DNA of 64,000 bases from Alphaproteobacteria bacterium. GTDB lineage: Bacteria; Pseudomonadota; Alphaproteobacteria; JBFXJJ01. The position numbers and the translations under genes were made by a program. A model generated the notes under the pieces. The model was not told the origin of the DNA. It worked only from the letters and a program-made list of their open reading frames with translations, and made no database searches. The stretch covers positions 1 to 64,000 of the forward strand of contig JBFXJJ010000008.1 of the NCBI GenBank assembly GCA_050175015.1, given 5' to 3'. The first letter of the stretch is position 1, and each line of letters begins with the position of its first letter. Shown here one piece after another: positions 31,680 through 41,608 of this stretch.

Positions 31680-31720
31680 TATTATTATCGATAATCTTAT
31701 ATCGATAATAATATATCGAT
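31680..31720. promoter_or_regulatory. Phased palindromic repeat upstream of rex (candidate operator)
   Basis: TATCGAT at 31686, 31700 and 31714 (14-bp period); 14-bp inverted repeat 31680-31693/31700-31713. Confidence 0.5.
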
Positions 31721-31925
31721 TTCTCCTTTTATGCAAGACAAATTTTTAAGTGATATTTATAAAATATTTTATGTTTTACTGTAAAAGTAGGTTTTCAAAG
31801 AGTAAGGGCAACGCTAATATAAAAAGATGTTTATTAAACTCTAATTGTGAATATCGTAAACTGCCGAGAGCCTTAATAAAAAATAATGTGATATTAAAAA
31901 ATTAATAATTAAGACTGAAACTTTT

Positions 31926-34286
31926 ATGAATAATAATACTCAAAGCAACATTGAACTTTTATCTCCTGTTGGCAATCTGGAATCTGCCTATGCTGCATTT
32001 TCTAGTGGAGCAGATGCCATTTATTTAGGATTAAAGAAGTTTTCAGCGAGGTCAGGAACGCTTAATTTTGCAAAAGAAGAGCTTGAGCAGATAGTTTTTT
32101 ATGCTCATGGCCAGCAGCCAAGGAAAAAAGTTTTTGCAGCAGTTAATACCATAGTTAGAGAAGATGAAATACCTGAGCTTGTTGAACTTATATTTACAGC
32201 TGAGCAAGCAGGAATTGATGCCGTTATTATTCAAGATATTGGCGTTTATTCTCTTATAAAAGAGCATTTTCCAAAACTTGCTCTGCACGCGAGTACCCAA
32301 ATGGCGGTTCATAGTAGCGCAGGTTGCAGAGTTTTAAAAAAACTAGGATTCGAGAGAGTTGTTTTAGCTAGAGAGCTTACGATTGATGAAGTAAAAGATG
32401 CCTCGAGTCAAGGAATAGAGACTGAAGTTTTTATTCACGGAGCTTTATGCTACAGTTATAGCGGTTTATGTCTTTATTCTGCAATGTGTTATGGTCATAG
32501 TGCTAATCGTGGCAGCTGTACCTATCCTTGCCGTGAATTTTTTTCATCTAAAAACAGCCAAGAAGAAGGTTATCTTTTTTCTATGATGGATCTCGCTCTT
32601 TTGGACGATGTTAAGCTTTTAGAAAAAGCTGGAGTGGCATCACTAAAGATTGAAGGCAGGAAGAGAAGTACAGGCTATATAGCCTCTGCTACAGAGCTTT
32701 ACCGCCGCATTTTAGATGGAAATATTAACACCGAATTGCGCAATAAATTGATTAATCTTGTTAAGGTTTCTTTTGGTCGGAAATGGACCGAACTTTATTT
32801 AAAAAATCCTGAAAACAAAGAGGTAATCAATAAAAACACAGTTGGTCATCTTGGAACCCAGATAGGGGTTGTCGGCGCTTTTTTTAAAAAAGGAAAAAGG
32901 GGTTTTATAGCATTTAAAACATCAATAGATTTTGGCAGGCACGATGTTCTGAAAATTGAAAAACCCGATGATTTCCAAGTTTTTGCTTTTCCTGTCGATG
33001 AGCTTTTTATAAGAGATGGGGGGAAAAGTAAAAGGGTTTTTGAAGCTAAAGCAGGGCAGGAAGTAGAGGTTGCTTTACCTGATGACTATCCTTTTATAGC
33101 ATCTCAATATCCTGTTTTTTGTGCTTCATCTCAAGCTATTAAAAATGAAGTGGTTTCCAATAGTGTAAAGAAAGAAAATCCTATAGCTCTCGAAATTGAG
33201 CTTGTTATCAAAGAAACAGAAATTATATCTTATGTTAAAGTTAAGCTTTTAAATGACGACAATGTAGAGTTGGCTTTTAAGCATAGTGTTTCTTTGGAAA
33301 AAGCTCAAAAAGATAATAATGAAGAGCTTGTAAAGGCTTTTAGCAAATTTGGTGATACTTGTTTTTATGTTTCCAATCTAAAACTTAAAAATGATGGCTT
33401 TTTTGTACCGTTATCACTAATAAAAGATTATCGAAGAAGGCTCGCTTCTGAGATTGAAAGTGCTCTAAATAAAAGAAAAACTTTTAAATTATCTGAAATC
33501 GCTAAAAGTTTGAAAGCACCTGAACATTTTGAAATTCATCAAAATTTAAAAGTCGTTGGAATTTTTGATAACTATAAAAAACTTCTAGATGCCAAAGAGC
33601 AGGTGCAGAAGTTATATGAAATAATCCTGTCGCTAGAAAATTTTGAAATAACAGAAATATTAGAACTTAATAAAATTTTTGAAAATAAAATTAGGATTCA
33701 GTTTCCAACAATATGTCGTAATAAGGATTATGAAAACCTAAAAGCTACAGCTAAAAAGCTTTGTTCTTTAGGCTTTGCAAAATGGGAATTTACAGGGTTT
33801 TGGGGGTTTGATGCTTTAGGGATTGAACCAGATAAAGAAAGTTTAACAAAAAGCGGTTTAGATATAACCGCAGCCTGGCCTCTATATGTAATGAATACGC
33901 TTGCGGCTAAGGCGTTGCTTGAAATAGGTTTTTCAAGATTTACACTTTGCTTGGAAGATGATTTTAGCAATAGTGAAAAAATAATTGATAGCTATCCCAA
34001 AGCTTCGACTCTCACTATTTATCATAATACGCCGCTTTTTATTTCAGCAAACAAGCCATCAAATTATAATAATATGGAAATTATTTCAAAAAAGAAATTT
34101 GAGTTTGTGATTAAAAATCAAAAAGATAGATACGAAATTGTTCCAGTAAAACCTGTTTTTATTCAATCTAGTAAAGATGAAATGTTAAAAAAAGGTATAA
34201 ATTTTATAAAAATTGATACAAGTAACAGTTCTTTGAAAATAAAAGATATTTTTTCGATAATTAAAACTAAGGGCTATGATTTATAA
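31926..34286 (+). CDS. U32 family protein (RlhA-like RNA hydroxylation), long form
   Basis: ELLSPVG, GADAIYLG, HASTQ, HGALCYSYSGLC..NRGSC..PCR and LKIEGR motifs. Confidence 0.85.
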   Translation: MNNNTQSNIELLSPVGNLESAYAAFSSGADAIYLGLKKFSARSGTLNFAKEELEQIVFYAHGQQPRKKVFAAVNTIVREDEIPELVELIFTAEQAGIDAVIIQDIGVYSLIKEHFPKLALHASTQMAVHSSAGCRVLKKLGFERVVLARELTIDEVKDASSQGIETEVFIHGALCYSYSGLCLYSAMCYGHSANRGSCTYPCREFFSSKNSQEEGYLFSMMDLALLDDVKLLEKAGVASLKIEGRKRSTGYIASATELYRRILDGNINTELRNKLINLVKVSFGRKWTELYLKNPENKEVINKNTVGHLGTQIGVVGAFFKKGKRGFIAFKTSIDFGRHDVLKIEKPDDFQVFAFPVDELFIRDGGKSKRVFEAKAGQEVEVALPDDYPFIASQYPVFCASSQAIKNEVVSNSVKKENPIALEIELVIKETEIISYVKVKLLNDDNVELAFKHSVSLEKAQKDNNEELVKAFSKFGDTCFYVSNLKLKNDGFFVPLSLIKDYRRRLASEIESALNKRKTFKLSEIAKSLKAPEHFEIHQNLKVVGIFDNYKKLLDAKEQVQKLYEIILSLENFEITEILELNKIFENKIRIQFPTICRNKDYENLKATAKKLCSLGFAKWEFTGFWGFDALGIEPDKESLTKSGLDITAAWPLYVMNTLAAKALLEIGFSRFTLCLEDDFSNSEKIIDSYPKASTLTIYHNTPLFISANKPSNYNNMEIISKKKFEFVIKNQKDRYEIVPVKPVFIQSSKDEMLKKGINFIKIDTSNSSLKIKDIFSIIKTKGYDL

Positions 34287-34367
34287 CATTTTTGTTATCT
34301 TGGTATATATTATTTTTTTTCATATCATAAAAGGCATAGTTCACAAAATTATAAGGGGGGATGAGCT

Positions 34368-34796
34368 ATGGATTTTAATGATAAAAATTTTCAAGATATT
34401 TTGAAACTAGCAGAAGAAGCTAAAGAAGATCAGATGCTAGATATCAATAATAAAGAAAAAAGATTTGATGTCGTTATATCTCCAAAGGTTATGATTGAGA
34501 GAATGGAGATTACTGCTCAAATTGGTTATCTTATGTCATGGTTTTTTTATCAAAAGGCCGTTGAAAATGGAGAAATATCAGAGTTTGAGGCTCTTAAAAT
34601 GTATAAACCGCTTTGCGAAAGCTGCCTTTTTAAAACATGTAATGGCAGAAAATGTATAAGCGAGGAATGTGCATGCAGGAAAGACAATATTGTAACTGAA
34701 AGTTTTGCTAAGCTTAGGGAAAAAACCTCAGAGCTTTATTGCAGAATTTCAAGATTAGATAAAATGTTGAGGGACAAAGAAGCTGCTGCAGTTTAA
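34368..34796 (+). CDS. DUF1465/RcdA-like protein with Cys-rich insert
   Basis: ERMEIT...MSWFFYQKAVENGEI and LY.RISRLD resemble RcdA. Confidence 0.65.
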   Translation: MDFNDKNFQDILKLAEEAKEDQMLDINNKEKRFDVVISPKVMIERMEITAQIGYLMSWFFYQKAVENGEISEFEALKMYKPLCESCLFKTCNGRKCISEECACRKDNIVTESFAKLREKTSELYCRISRLDKMLRDKEAAAV

Positions 34797-34837
34797 AAGG
34801 GTCTAACTCTAATTATATCGTTTCTGGAAAATTATCA

Positions 34838-34870
34838 AAAAAACCGTCATATTTTGTATGACGGTTTTTT
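34838..34870. terminator. Bidirectional intrinsic terminator
   Basis: AAAAAACCGTCATA-TTTTG-TATGACGGTTTTTT between convergent genes. Confidence 0.85.
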
Positions 34871-35135
34871 ATTTTTATAGTTGATTACTTGAATAAAGTA
34901 GTATTTTTCAGTTTTTCTACGTCTAGACGTATTTAAAAACTTTTGGGAACTAATTAAGATTGCCTTTGTTAAAAGTTGCAACCTATTTGTTTTAGAATAT
35001 ATCCCCAATCGAAAAATACTTTTTTCACAAGACCATAAAAGGTCAAGTAGTAACTCCTAATTTGTCTAACTTTTCTTGGATTGATTTTTCAATCATAAAT
35101 TCTACATTAAGAACTATCCAATAAGAATTATAAAA

Positions 35136-35342
35136 TTAGTTTTCAAGTTTAAGGTTGCCAGCAGCTTCACGTCCGCGTTCAACGACTTTTTCGAAAACAA
35201 CTTTATCACCTTCGTTAAGTGATTTAAGGCCAGAACGTTCAACAGCAGAGATGTGAACAAAAACATCTTTTGAGCCATCTTCAGGCTGAATAAATCCGTA
35301 ACCTTTGGTTTTGTTAAACCATTTGACTGTTCCGTTAGTCAT
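35136..35342 (-). CDS. cspA: Cold-shock protein
   Basis: [13 protein letters not shown] and [11 protein letters not shown] motifs. Confidence 0.93.
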   Translation of the reverse strand: MTNGTVKWFNKTKGYGFIQPEDGSKDVFVHISAVERSGLKSLNEGDKVVFEKVVERGREAAGNLKLEN

Positions 35343-35605
35343 TTATAGTCTCCATATAGATAAAAATTTAAAAATATACTCCAGTAATAAAAAGTTAAAA
35401 CTGGACATCAACCATCTTTTGTAAAATCGCTTGAAAATAGTCCGACTGCGTAGTAGCTGTTGCTGGCTAAAAAAAGCTCCTTGCCAAAACAAGATTGTCT
35501 ATAGATTAGGCTTTAAAAATTGTCTAAAGTCAATAGTTATTATCAATAAAGTTGTTTACTAATGAATAGTGTTTGAGTATTTTTATATTTCTGAACTTTT
35601 AATGC

Positions 35606-35683
35606 GCACTCGTAGCTCAGTTGGATTAGAGTGTCGGCCTCCGAAGCCGAAGGTCGCAGGTTCGAATCCTGTCGAGTGCGCCA
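35606..35683 (+). tRNA. tRNA-Arg(CCG)
   Basis: GCACTCG/CGAGTGC acceptor stem, TCGGC-CTCCGAA-GCCGA anticodon arm, GGTTCGAATCC T-arm, encoded CCA. Confidence 0.96.
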
Positions 35684-36046
35684 CTAATAATTTACTGATT
35701 TAATTAATTTATTTTTGTTTTTCGTTTTCGTGAAACAGCCCACAAAAACCCCTTGCGGGACAGTATGGGGACAAAATTTTTAAAAAATCTTGATAAATAC
35801 TAATTATCTACAACAATTAACAATTAAACCTTCAACGCAAACTTAAGCTTTTCCAAAAGATTTAGATTGTTGTTTTTTGTTGTTTATGGTTATTGATTGT
35901 CCCTTAGTTGTCCTTTTTAATACGTATTGCTAACAATATATCTTTTTAAAACAATATATTAGTGTATAAGATTGTCGGAATTATACTCTAATTGATTTAT
36001 TTAAAAATATAATCTATAATGATGTGCGATTTTTAAAGGAGAGGTT

Positions 36047-37111
36047 ATGGCAACGATTGAAAAAAGAGAAACAGGCAAAGGGCTTCAGTATCGAGTTAAA
36101 GTTCGCAAAAAAGGCTTTCCAGCTCAAACCGCAACATTTTCTCGCTTAACAGATGCTAAGAATTGGGCGAATGAAATTGAAAGTTCTATTGTTAATAACC
36201 GCTATTTTCCAACCAATGAGCTTCGCAAAAGAACGATATCCGATTTAATTGAAAGATATATCAAAGAGGTTTTATCTAAAAAACCAAGACGAGCTTATGA
36301 TGCTGTTCCTAAGCTTCGTTGGTGGCAGGAAAAAATTGGTTTATACACTTTGGCAGATTTAACAACCTCACTTCTTTTCGAAACAAGACAAAAACTTTTT
36401 GATGATGATATTAAAAACGGTAAGAAAAGAAGCAATACAACAGTTAATAAATATGCAACGGCTTTAAATACGGCTTTAAACATTGCGGTTAATGAATTGC
36501 AATGGCTTGAAAATAATCCAATGAATAAGATTAAGAAGTTGAAAGAGCCAAGAGGCAGGGTTCGTTATTTATCAGAAGAAGAAAAAAACTCATTATTGAA
36601 TGCTTGTAAGGAAAGCAAGAATCCGCATTTATTTAATGTTGTTTATCTGGCTTTAAGCACAGGAGCTAGATATGGCGAAATAATCAACTTAAAATGGGAG
36701 CAAATCGATTTTAACCGCAAAGTCATCACTTTATACGAAACTAAAAACGGCGAAATAAGACTTTTGCCTCTGGTGGGCAAGTCTTATGAATTAATGAGAG
36801 AGCATTCTAAGGTTAGAAGAATTGATAGTGATTTGGTTTTTCCAAGTGCGATAAAACCTCAAAAGCCGATTGAAATAAGAAAATCTTGGCTTAACGCTCT
36901 TGAAAAAGCAGGAATTGAAGATTTTAGATTTCACGATTTAAGACATTCAACTGCTTCTTATCTTGCTATGAATGGAGCAACTCTAGCCGAAATTGCAGAG
37001 GTTCTAGGGCATAAGACTTTGGAAATGGTTAAAAGATACTCACATCTATCCGAAGCCCACACCGCAGGCGTTTTAGAACGAATGAATCAAAAGTTTTTAG
37101 GTGAAGATTGA
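36047..37111 (+). CDS. Tyrosine recombinase/integrase
   Basis: TGARYGE (R), TKNG (K), HDLRH, LGH and RYSH catalytic residues; N-terminal arm-binding-like segment. Confidence 0.95.
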   Translation: MATIEKRETGKGLQYRVKVRKKGFPAQTATFSRLTDAKNWANEIESSIVNNRYFPTNELRKRTISDLIERYIKEVLSKKPRRAYDAVPKLRWWQEKIGLYTLADLTTSLLFETRQKLFDDDIKNGKKRSNTTVNKYATALNTALNIAVNELQWLENNPMNKIKKLKEPRGRVRYLSEEEKNSLLNACKESKNPHLFNVVYLALSTGARYGEIINLKWEQIDFNRKVITLYETKNGEIRLLPLVGKSYELMREHSKVRRIDSDLVFPSAIKPQKPIEIRKSWLNALEKAGIEDFRFHDLRHSTASYLAMNGATLAEIAEVLGHKTLEMVKRYSHLSEAHTAGVLERMNQKFLGED

Positions 37112-37249
37112 GGCTTAACTTAAATATAAAAAATTTAATTTTATAGTAAAGTCAGTTAAAAATGATGCTAAAGTTAGGCAAACAAATAACTAAAAACAAC
37201 AGAAAATTATCTTGTTTTCATAAGCATTTTATTTTGATTTGACATGTGT

Positions 37250-37294
37250 CTCATAACCTGAAGGTCGTAGGTTCAAATCCTGCCCCCGCAACCA
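37250..37294 (+). repeat. 3' half of initiator tRNA-Met (att-type core)
   Basis: CTCATAACCTGAAGGTCGTAGGTTCAAATCCTGCCCCCGCAACCA starts at the anticodon loop with no 5' half upstream; IHF consensus TATCAATAAGTTA at 37309-37321. Confidence 0.9.
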
Positions 37295-37328
37295 AAATTA
37301 GATTGTAATATCAATAAGTTAGAAAAAT

Positions 37329-37359
37329 AAAAAGCCTCGAGAATCACTCGGGGCTTTTT
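37329..37359. terminator. Intrinsic terminator
   Basis: AAAAAGCCTCGAG-AATCA-CTCGGGGCTTTTT. Confidence 0.8.
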
Positions 37360-37469
37360 GCTGTTGCCGCACCATTGCCGCAACGTGTGTTAATATCCAT
37401 TAAAAAACTACCCACAAGATTTTTGACATGGGATTCTTTTATATTGGAGATAGGGAGTTTTATATGAAA

Positions 37470-39158
37470 TTACATATTACAAAAGCGATACCAGTAATTA
37501 GCTGGAACGAGGGTTCTAAAGTGTCTATAAGCAATAAAATCTATTCCAAAATAACCATAATTATATGTTGGAGATTTTTCAACGCAATCGAAATGATCTA
37601 ATTCTAAAAATTTTAGCATTATTTCTTTATAAGAGTTTATATCGACTTCTAATTTAATAGGTGCTTCAGAATGTCCTGCTTTATGGTGCAATGGAGAAAA
37701 ATATAAATCATTTAAATCTTTACTTAAAGGATACCAAAGTTGAGCAGTAGTTTCTTTACATACCCCACTCATCATAACATACAAATTTTTGTAAAACTCT
37801 TCTTGTTTTAAGTTTACTGCCCAACCAGCAAAAGTTGGTATAAGCCAAGACATATTAGTTAATTTTTTAAATACGTCTTCATTTAAACTTTCTGTTCTAG
37901 ACGTAATCAAATCGTCAAAATTATCAGTTGATATTGGATAAAAATAACGCTTAGACATTGTATAACCAAAAACTTCAACAATATCTATAAGCCATTGTGA
38001 AGCTATTTTATTTTCTCCCATCAACATTAGTAAAGACATAGCAAGTGTTATATCTATACAATTTTCATCAAAGCAAGGAGAATTAGATATTGAGTTGTTT
38101 TGTATAATTCCTACAAGCAAAGATGTTGCTTTTTGGGCAGTTTTGAATTCTGAATAGGTGTTGTTGTTTGAAAAATAAAAATGAGAAAGTCCAATAGAGG
38201 ATACTAATCCAATAATTTCAAAAACTAATATACTAAACAGGCTACTATCTCTTGTGTATCCAGATAAGCCGTCTCTAACCATACAGTGGCGTTCAATTTT
38301 AGTTAGAAACTTTTTAGAAATATCTGAGTAAGTATTCCAAATGTTTTTAAAAGATGGTAAAAGTTTTTTTCTATCTCTCTCTGAAAGTTGGTTTAATAAG
38401 TTCCAAGACCAGACAACAGCTCTTTCTGCTCCAATTACAGCTGGTTTTATATTGCCCTCATTCTCTGCCCAGTTAGTTAAAAGCCGAGTTGCTAAGTTTA
38501 CACGGACAAGAGCTTTTTGTATTTCTTTTACTTTTTTCTTATCTTTTGTAAAAACACCATTTTTATCAAAATTTAATTGCCTTTGCAGAATATTATAAAA
38601 GTGTTTAAGAGAATAATCAGGTTCACCAATTAAAGCTAGTGTTCTACGAAGATCATTACGCTCATCTTTGTCAAATAAGTTTTCATTTAAAAGATATTTT
38701 TGAATAAAGTTTGATATTTCATCAGCACCCCAGAAATCAAACTCTGCATCATCTTTATGATCATTTGTATATCCTGCCCAATTTGGCTGAATTTCTTCTT
38801 TTAAGTCCCCAGTTGTGCCAAGAACAATTTTTTTAGGAAGTCTTTGTGCATTTGAGGGAACGCAACTTCTTAGGTAAACATCAAAAATTTCGTTTAGTGA
38901 TGGGCGAACATCTTGTGTTCCTGTGTCCCAATTAGAACGACCAATATCTCCTTGTTTGAGAACGAATAAGAATAATTTCTCTATATTATCTTTGGGGTCA
39001 ATACCAATGGCAGATAAATCAACACCATTTTGCCTAGTCCCTCGTTGCGTTTTAGAGGTTGGTATAATTCCCATAGAATTTAATAAATCTGGAAGCAGCT
39101 TATCAAACTCGTCTCTTTCTTTTAATGTTCTTAAATATGTGGAAATAATTAATTTCAT
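37470..39158 (-). CDS. Protein with N-terminal Mrr-like PD-(D/E)XK domain and large helical C-terminus; putative defence effector
   Basis: EFDKLLPDLLNSMG...QNGVDLSAIG...FVLKQG; start placed at MKLII, just after the upstream stop. Confidence 0.6.
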   Translation of the reverse strand: MKLIISTYLRTLKERDEFDKLLPDLLNSMGIIPTSKTQRGTRQNGVDLSAIGIDPKDNIEKLFLFVLKQGDIGRSNWDTGTQDVRPSLNEIFDVYLRSCVPSNAQRLPKKIVLGTTGDLKEEIQPNWAGYTNDHKDDAEFDFWGADEISNFIQKYLLNENLFDKDERNDLRRTLALIGEPDYSLKHFYNILQRQLNFDKNGVFTKDKKKVKEIQKALVRVNLATRLLTNWAENEGNIKPAVIGAERAVVWSWNLLNQLSERDRKKLLPSFKNIWNTYSDISKKFLTKIERHCMVRDGLSGYTRDSSLFSILVFEIIGLVSSIGLSHFYFSNNNTYSEFKTAQKATSLLVGIIQNNSISNSPCFDENCIDITLAMSLLMLMGENKIASQWLIDIVEVFGYTMSKRYFYPISTDNFDDLITSRTESLNEDVFKKLTNMSWLIPTFAGWAVNLKQEEFYKNLYVMMSGVCKETTAQLWYPLSKDLNDLYFSPLHHKAGHSEAPIKLEVDINSYKEIMLKFLELDHFDCVEKSPTYNYGYFGIDFIAYRHFRTLVPANYWYRFCNM

Positions 39159-39163
39159 AAGAT

Positions 39164-40879
39164 TTAACCCTGCTTTTCTTTTCTTACATTTATCAAACAA
39201 GATCTGCGGCATTCATAATCAGCACTGTTTAAAACAAATCTTCTTGGTAGTGTAAAACCAGATGAAAACTCCATATACCCTGTTGGTTCAGAATAGTTGC
39301 CTTCTAAAAGACTAAAGTTGGCAATACCAGCTTTTATAGGAACGACAGCACAAATTTGCCTAACAATAGATTTTTTTTCTCCTTCTTCCATGCTTTTTTG
39401 CATTCTTTTGTTTTCTGCCTTATGGAAGGCTTCTTTCATATTTTTAGACGGTTTTAACTCTTGTATCTCGGGCAACACGTCTAAAGCACTCATATAATTA
39501 TTGATAAAGCTTGAAGCATCTTCACAAAGTTTTTTTATTTTTCCATTTTGTTCTGATAAACTGATATTGTTGAGTTTTTCAATTGTTAAAATAGGATAAT
39601 CTAGACCAAGTTCCTCTGTAAAGAGCTCAAACAAAAGACCATATTTGTTATCTATAATTTCTGGAATTAGTAGTGATGAAAATGACGAGATGGCTTGCTC
39701 TTCATTTATAATAACTCCTAGACATCTTTTTATGAAAAAAAGAAAATCTTTATCATTCATATTTTTGACAATATCTAAATCAAAAATAAGATTGTTTGCT
39801 TTAGAAACCGATAATTTCTCTAATATTTCTTTTACAAACAAAACATAGCACATACTTTCTTTTGTAAGCCATTTTGTAACAAGATTAGAAATAACGTTAG
39901 GGCTTTCAAATAACTTATAAAAAACATTATCAAAGCACTCTAATATTTTTATGTTCAATTTTCTTGAATCGTTATTTTTAACCCAATTTTCTATATAAGA
40001 TATAGCTAATTCAATATCACCACCTTCCGCTATTTTCTGTAAAACATAGTCAAAGTTTTGTATCGCACCTTTAGCAGAAGGTTTTATATATAATAAACAA
40101 TTTAATAATGGCTCAAATAACCCTTGATGACGAATAGCTTCATCATTTCTAAACAGCAAGTCAGCTATAAAAGCTAAAGCCGTATCATCTTTAGCTTCTC
40201 CAAGCTCCAAAAGTTTTTTTGTTGCATTAATCCACTCTATTGAAGCTTCGGCTAAAGCTTGTATAGTTGCGTTTTTTATAGAAGTATCTTGAGATGATAG
40301 CCCTCTATTAAATTTATCCCATACAGCATCTTTATGTTTATCAGAAACACACTGTAATCTTGCTAGTCTTCCTAAAAGCCAAATATTATTTTGTGCAAGA
40401 AAATCACTACCGTTAAACACCGTTTCTAATATAAGATTTATAACTATATCAGGTTCTTTTTTCGCCCAAGCAATAACAGCTACATTGTATATTGAAGAGG
40501 TTTCTTCTGTAAGGCTTACTTTTAAAAGGTTGATAATATCACTACAGACATTAATGTCATCTCTAAGCCTAACCTCTAGTTTGTTTGGGAAGACGCCAGA
40601 GGCATAATCATTGCAAGTCTTTGGGTGTTGAACTCTGCATAGTTCGATTAAATTTTCTGCATTTAAAGATGTGATGAAAGGTAAAGCATCTCCTACTAAA
40701 TGCAATACCTGAAATAAATCAAAAGTATTCTCATTTATAACATCACAAGCAAGCTTAAAAATATCATTATGGTTATGAACTTTTGCTAAAAAACGACCAA
40801 CAATATCTTTGTTTTTTTGTCTCCATAAATTATGGGCATGCTCAAAAATTTTCTCTGGTTTTATAGTTTTATTTTTCAT
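39164..40879 (-). CDS. Hypothetical alpha-helical (HEAT/ARM-like) protein, partner of the downstream nuclease-like gene
   Basis: 571-aa ORF with amphipathic helical periodicity and no enzyme motif; 5-bp gap to the next gene. Confidence 0.5.
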   Translation of the reverse strand: MKNKTIKPEKIFEHAHNLWRQKNKDIVGRFLAKVHNHNDIFKLACDVINENTFDLFQVLHLVGDALPFITSLNAENLIELCRVQHPKTCNDYASGVFPNKLEVRLRDDINVCSDIINLLKVSLTEETSSIYNVAVIAWAKKEPDIVINLILETVFNGSDFLAQNNIWLLGRLARLQCVSDKHKDAVWDKFNRGLSSQDTSIKNATIQALAEASIEWINATKKLLELGEAKDDTALAFIADLLFRNDEAIRHQGLFEPLLNCLLYIKPSAKGAIQNFDYVLQKIAEGGDIELAISYIENWVKNNDSRKLNIKILECFDNVFYKLFESPNVISNLVTKWLTKESMCYVLFVKEILEKLSVSKANNLIFDLDIVKNMNDKDFLFFIKRCLGVIINEEQAISSFSSLLIPEIIDNKYGLLFELFTEELGLDYPILTIEKLNNISLSEQNGKIKKLCEDASSFINNYMSALDVLPEIQELKPSKNMKEAFHKAENKRMQKSMEEGEKKSIVRQICAVVPIKAGIANFSLLEGNYSEPTGYMEFSSGFTLPRRFVLNSADYECRRSCLINVRKEKQG

Positions 40880-40894
40880 TATTTTGTAAACTCT

Positions 40895-41356
40895 TTAAGG
40901 ATTTCTTTGTTTCAATATTGTGCATCGCTTCAAAAAAGATTCTGATAATATTTTTTCCTTGTTTGTTGCAGATTTTTTATATTGTTCATCTGATATTACG
41001 AGAACTTTTTTAAGGTTTTTAACTCCTAACGAAACAAGCCATTCAAAATATGGTTTTAGATGGTTGCTTATTTGCTCAACATTTGTTTGTTGACCGTTTT
41101 CCTTCATAACTATTATTAATGTTAAATTTAAATTTTGGTAATAAGCATAAAAGAATGCTTTGATTAATGAACCGACAAAAGCTTTTCTATCCGTTTTTCG
41201 TTCACTTTCAAGGATAATCCAGTTTTTTCCCTCATTATCTTTTATTGAAACATCTGGATAGTAATCATTACTATCTGAAATCTTTTCACCTTTTGTGTTT
41301 ATGGTATAATTATCTGGTATTATATGCTCAAAATTTTTAAATTCTTTATCTTTCAT
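40895..41356 (-). CDS. Small PD-(D/E)XK nuclease-fold protein
   Basis: YYPDVSI...IILESERK motif. Confidence 0.5.
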   Translation of the reverse strand: MKDKEFKNFEHIIPDNYTINTKGEKISDSNDYYPDVSIKDNEGKNWIILESERKTDRKAFVGSLIKAFFYAYYQNLNLTLIIVMKENGQQTNVEQISNHLKPYFEWLVSLGVKNLKKVLVISDEQYKKSATNKEKILSESFLKRCTILKQRNP

Positions 41357-41467
41357 AAAAACCCCTAGTTTTTTTAAATAAAATACCATGAAAAATGATT
41401 TAATTCTATTAATAATAGTAATGGTTAAACGTCCTATTTTTTCCTCTTTATATTAGCGGGGGTGATT

Positions 41468-41603
41468 AACCCTCTACGTCTCTACAAGTGTTGATAACTG
41501 CGACTTACAGAGAAAATAACCCGCTACACAAAATTTATGATGTAGAGGGTTCGCTTAGAGCGTTTGTCATTGGTTTTGCTGGCTTGTAGCAAGGTAGAGG
41601 GTT
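41468..41603. repeat. Iteron cluster A (GTAGAGGGTT and its inverse), intergenic
   Basis: AACCCTCTAC at 41468, AACCCGCTAC at 41518, GTAGAGGGTT at 41542 and 41594. Confidence 0.75.
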
Positions 41604-41608
41604 GAGGT

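Noticed and set aside
37250-37294. Functional tRNA-Met gene
   Set aside because: Only the anticodon loop to CCA is present; upstream sequence cannot form the D-arm or the acceptor 5' strand.
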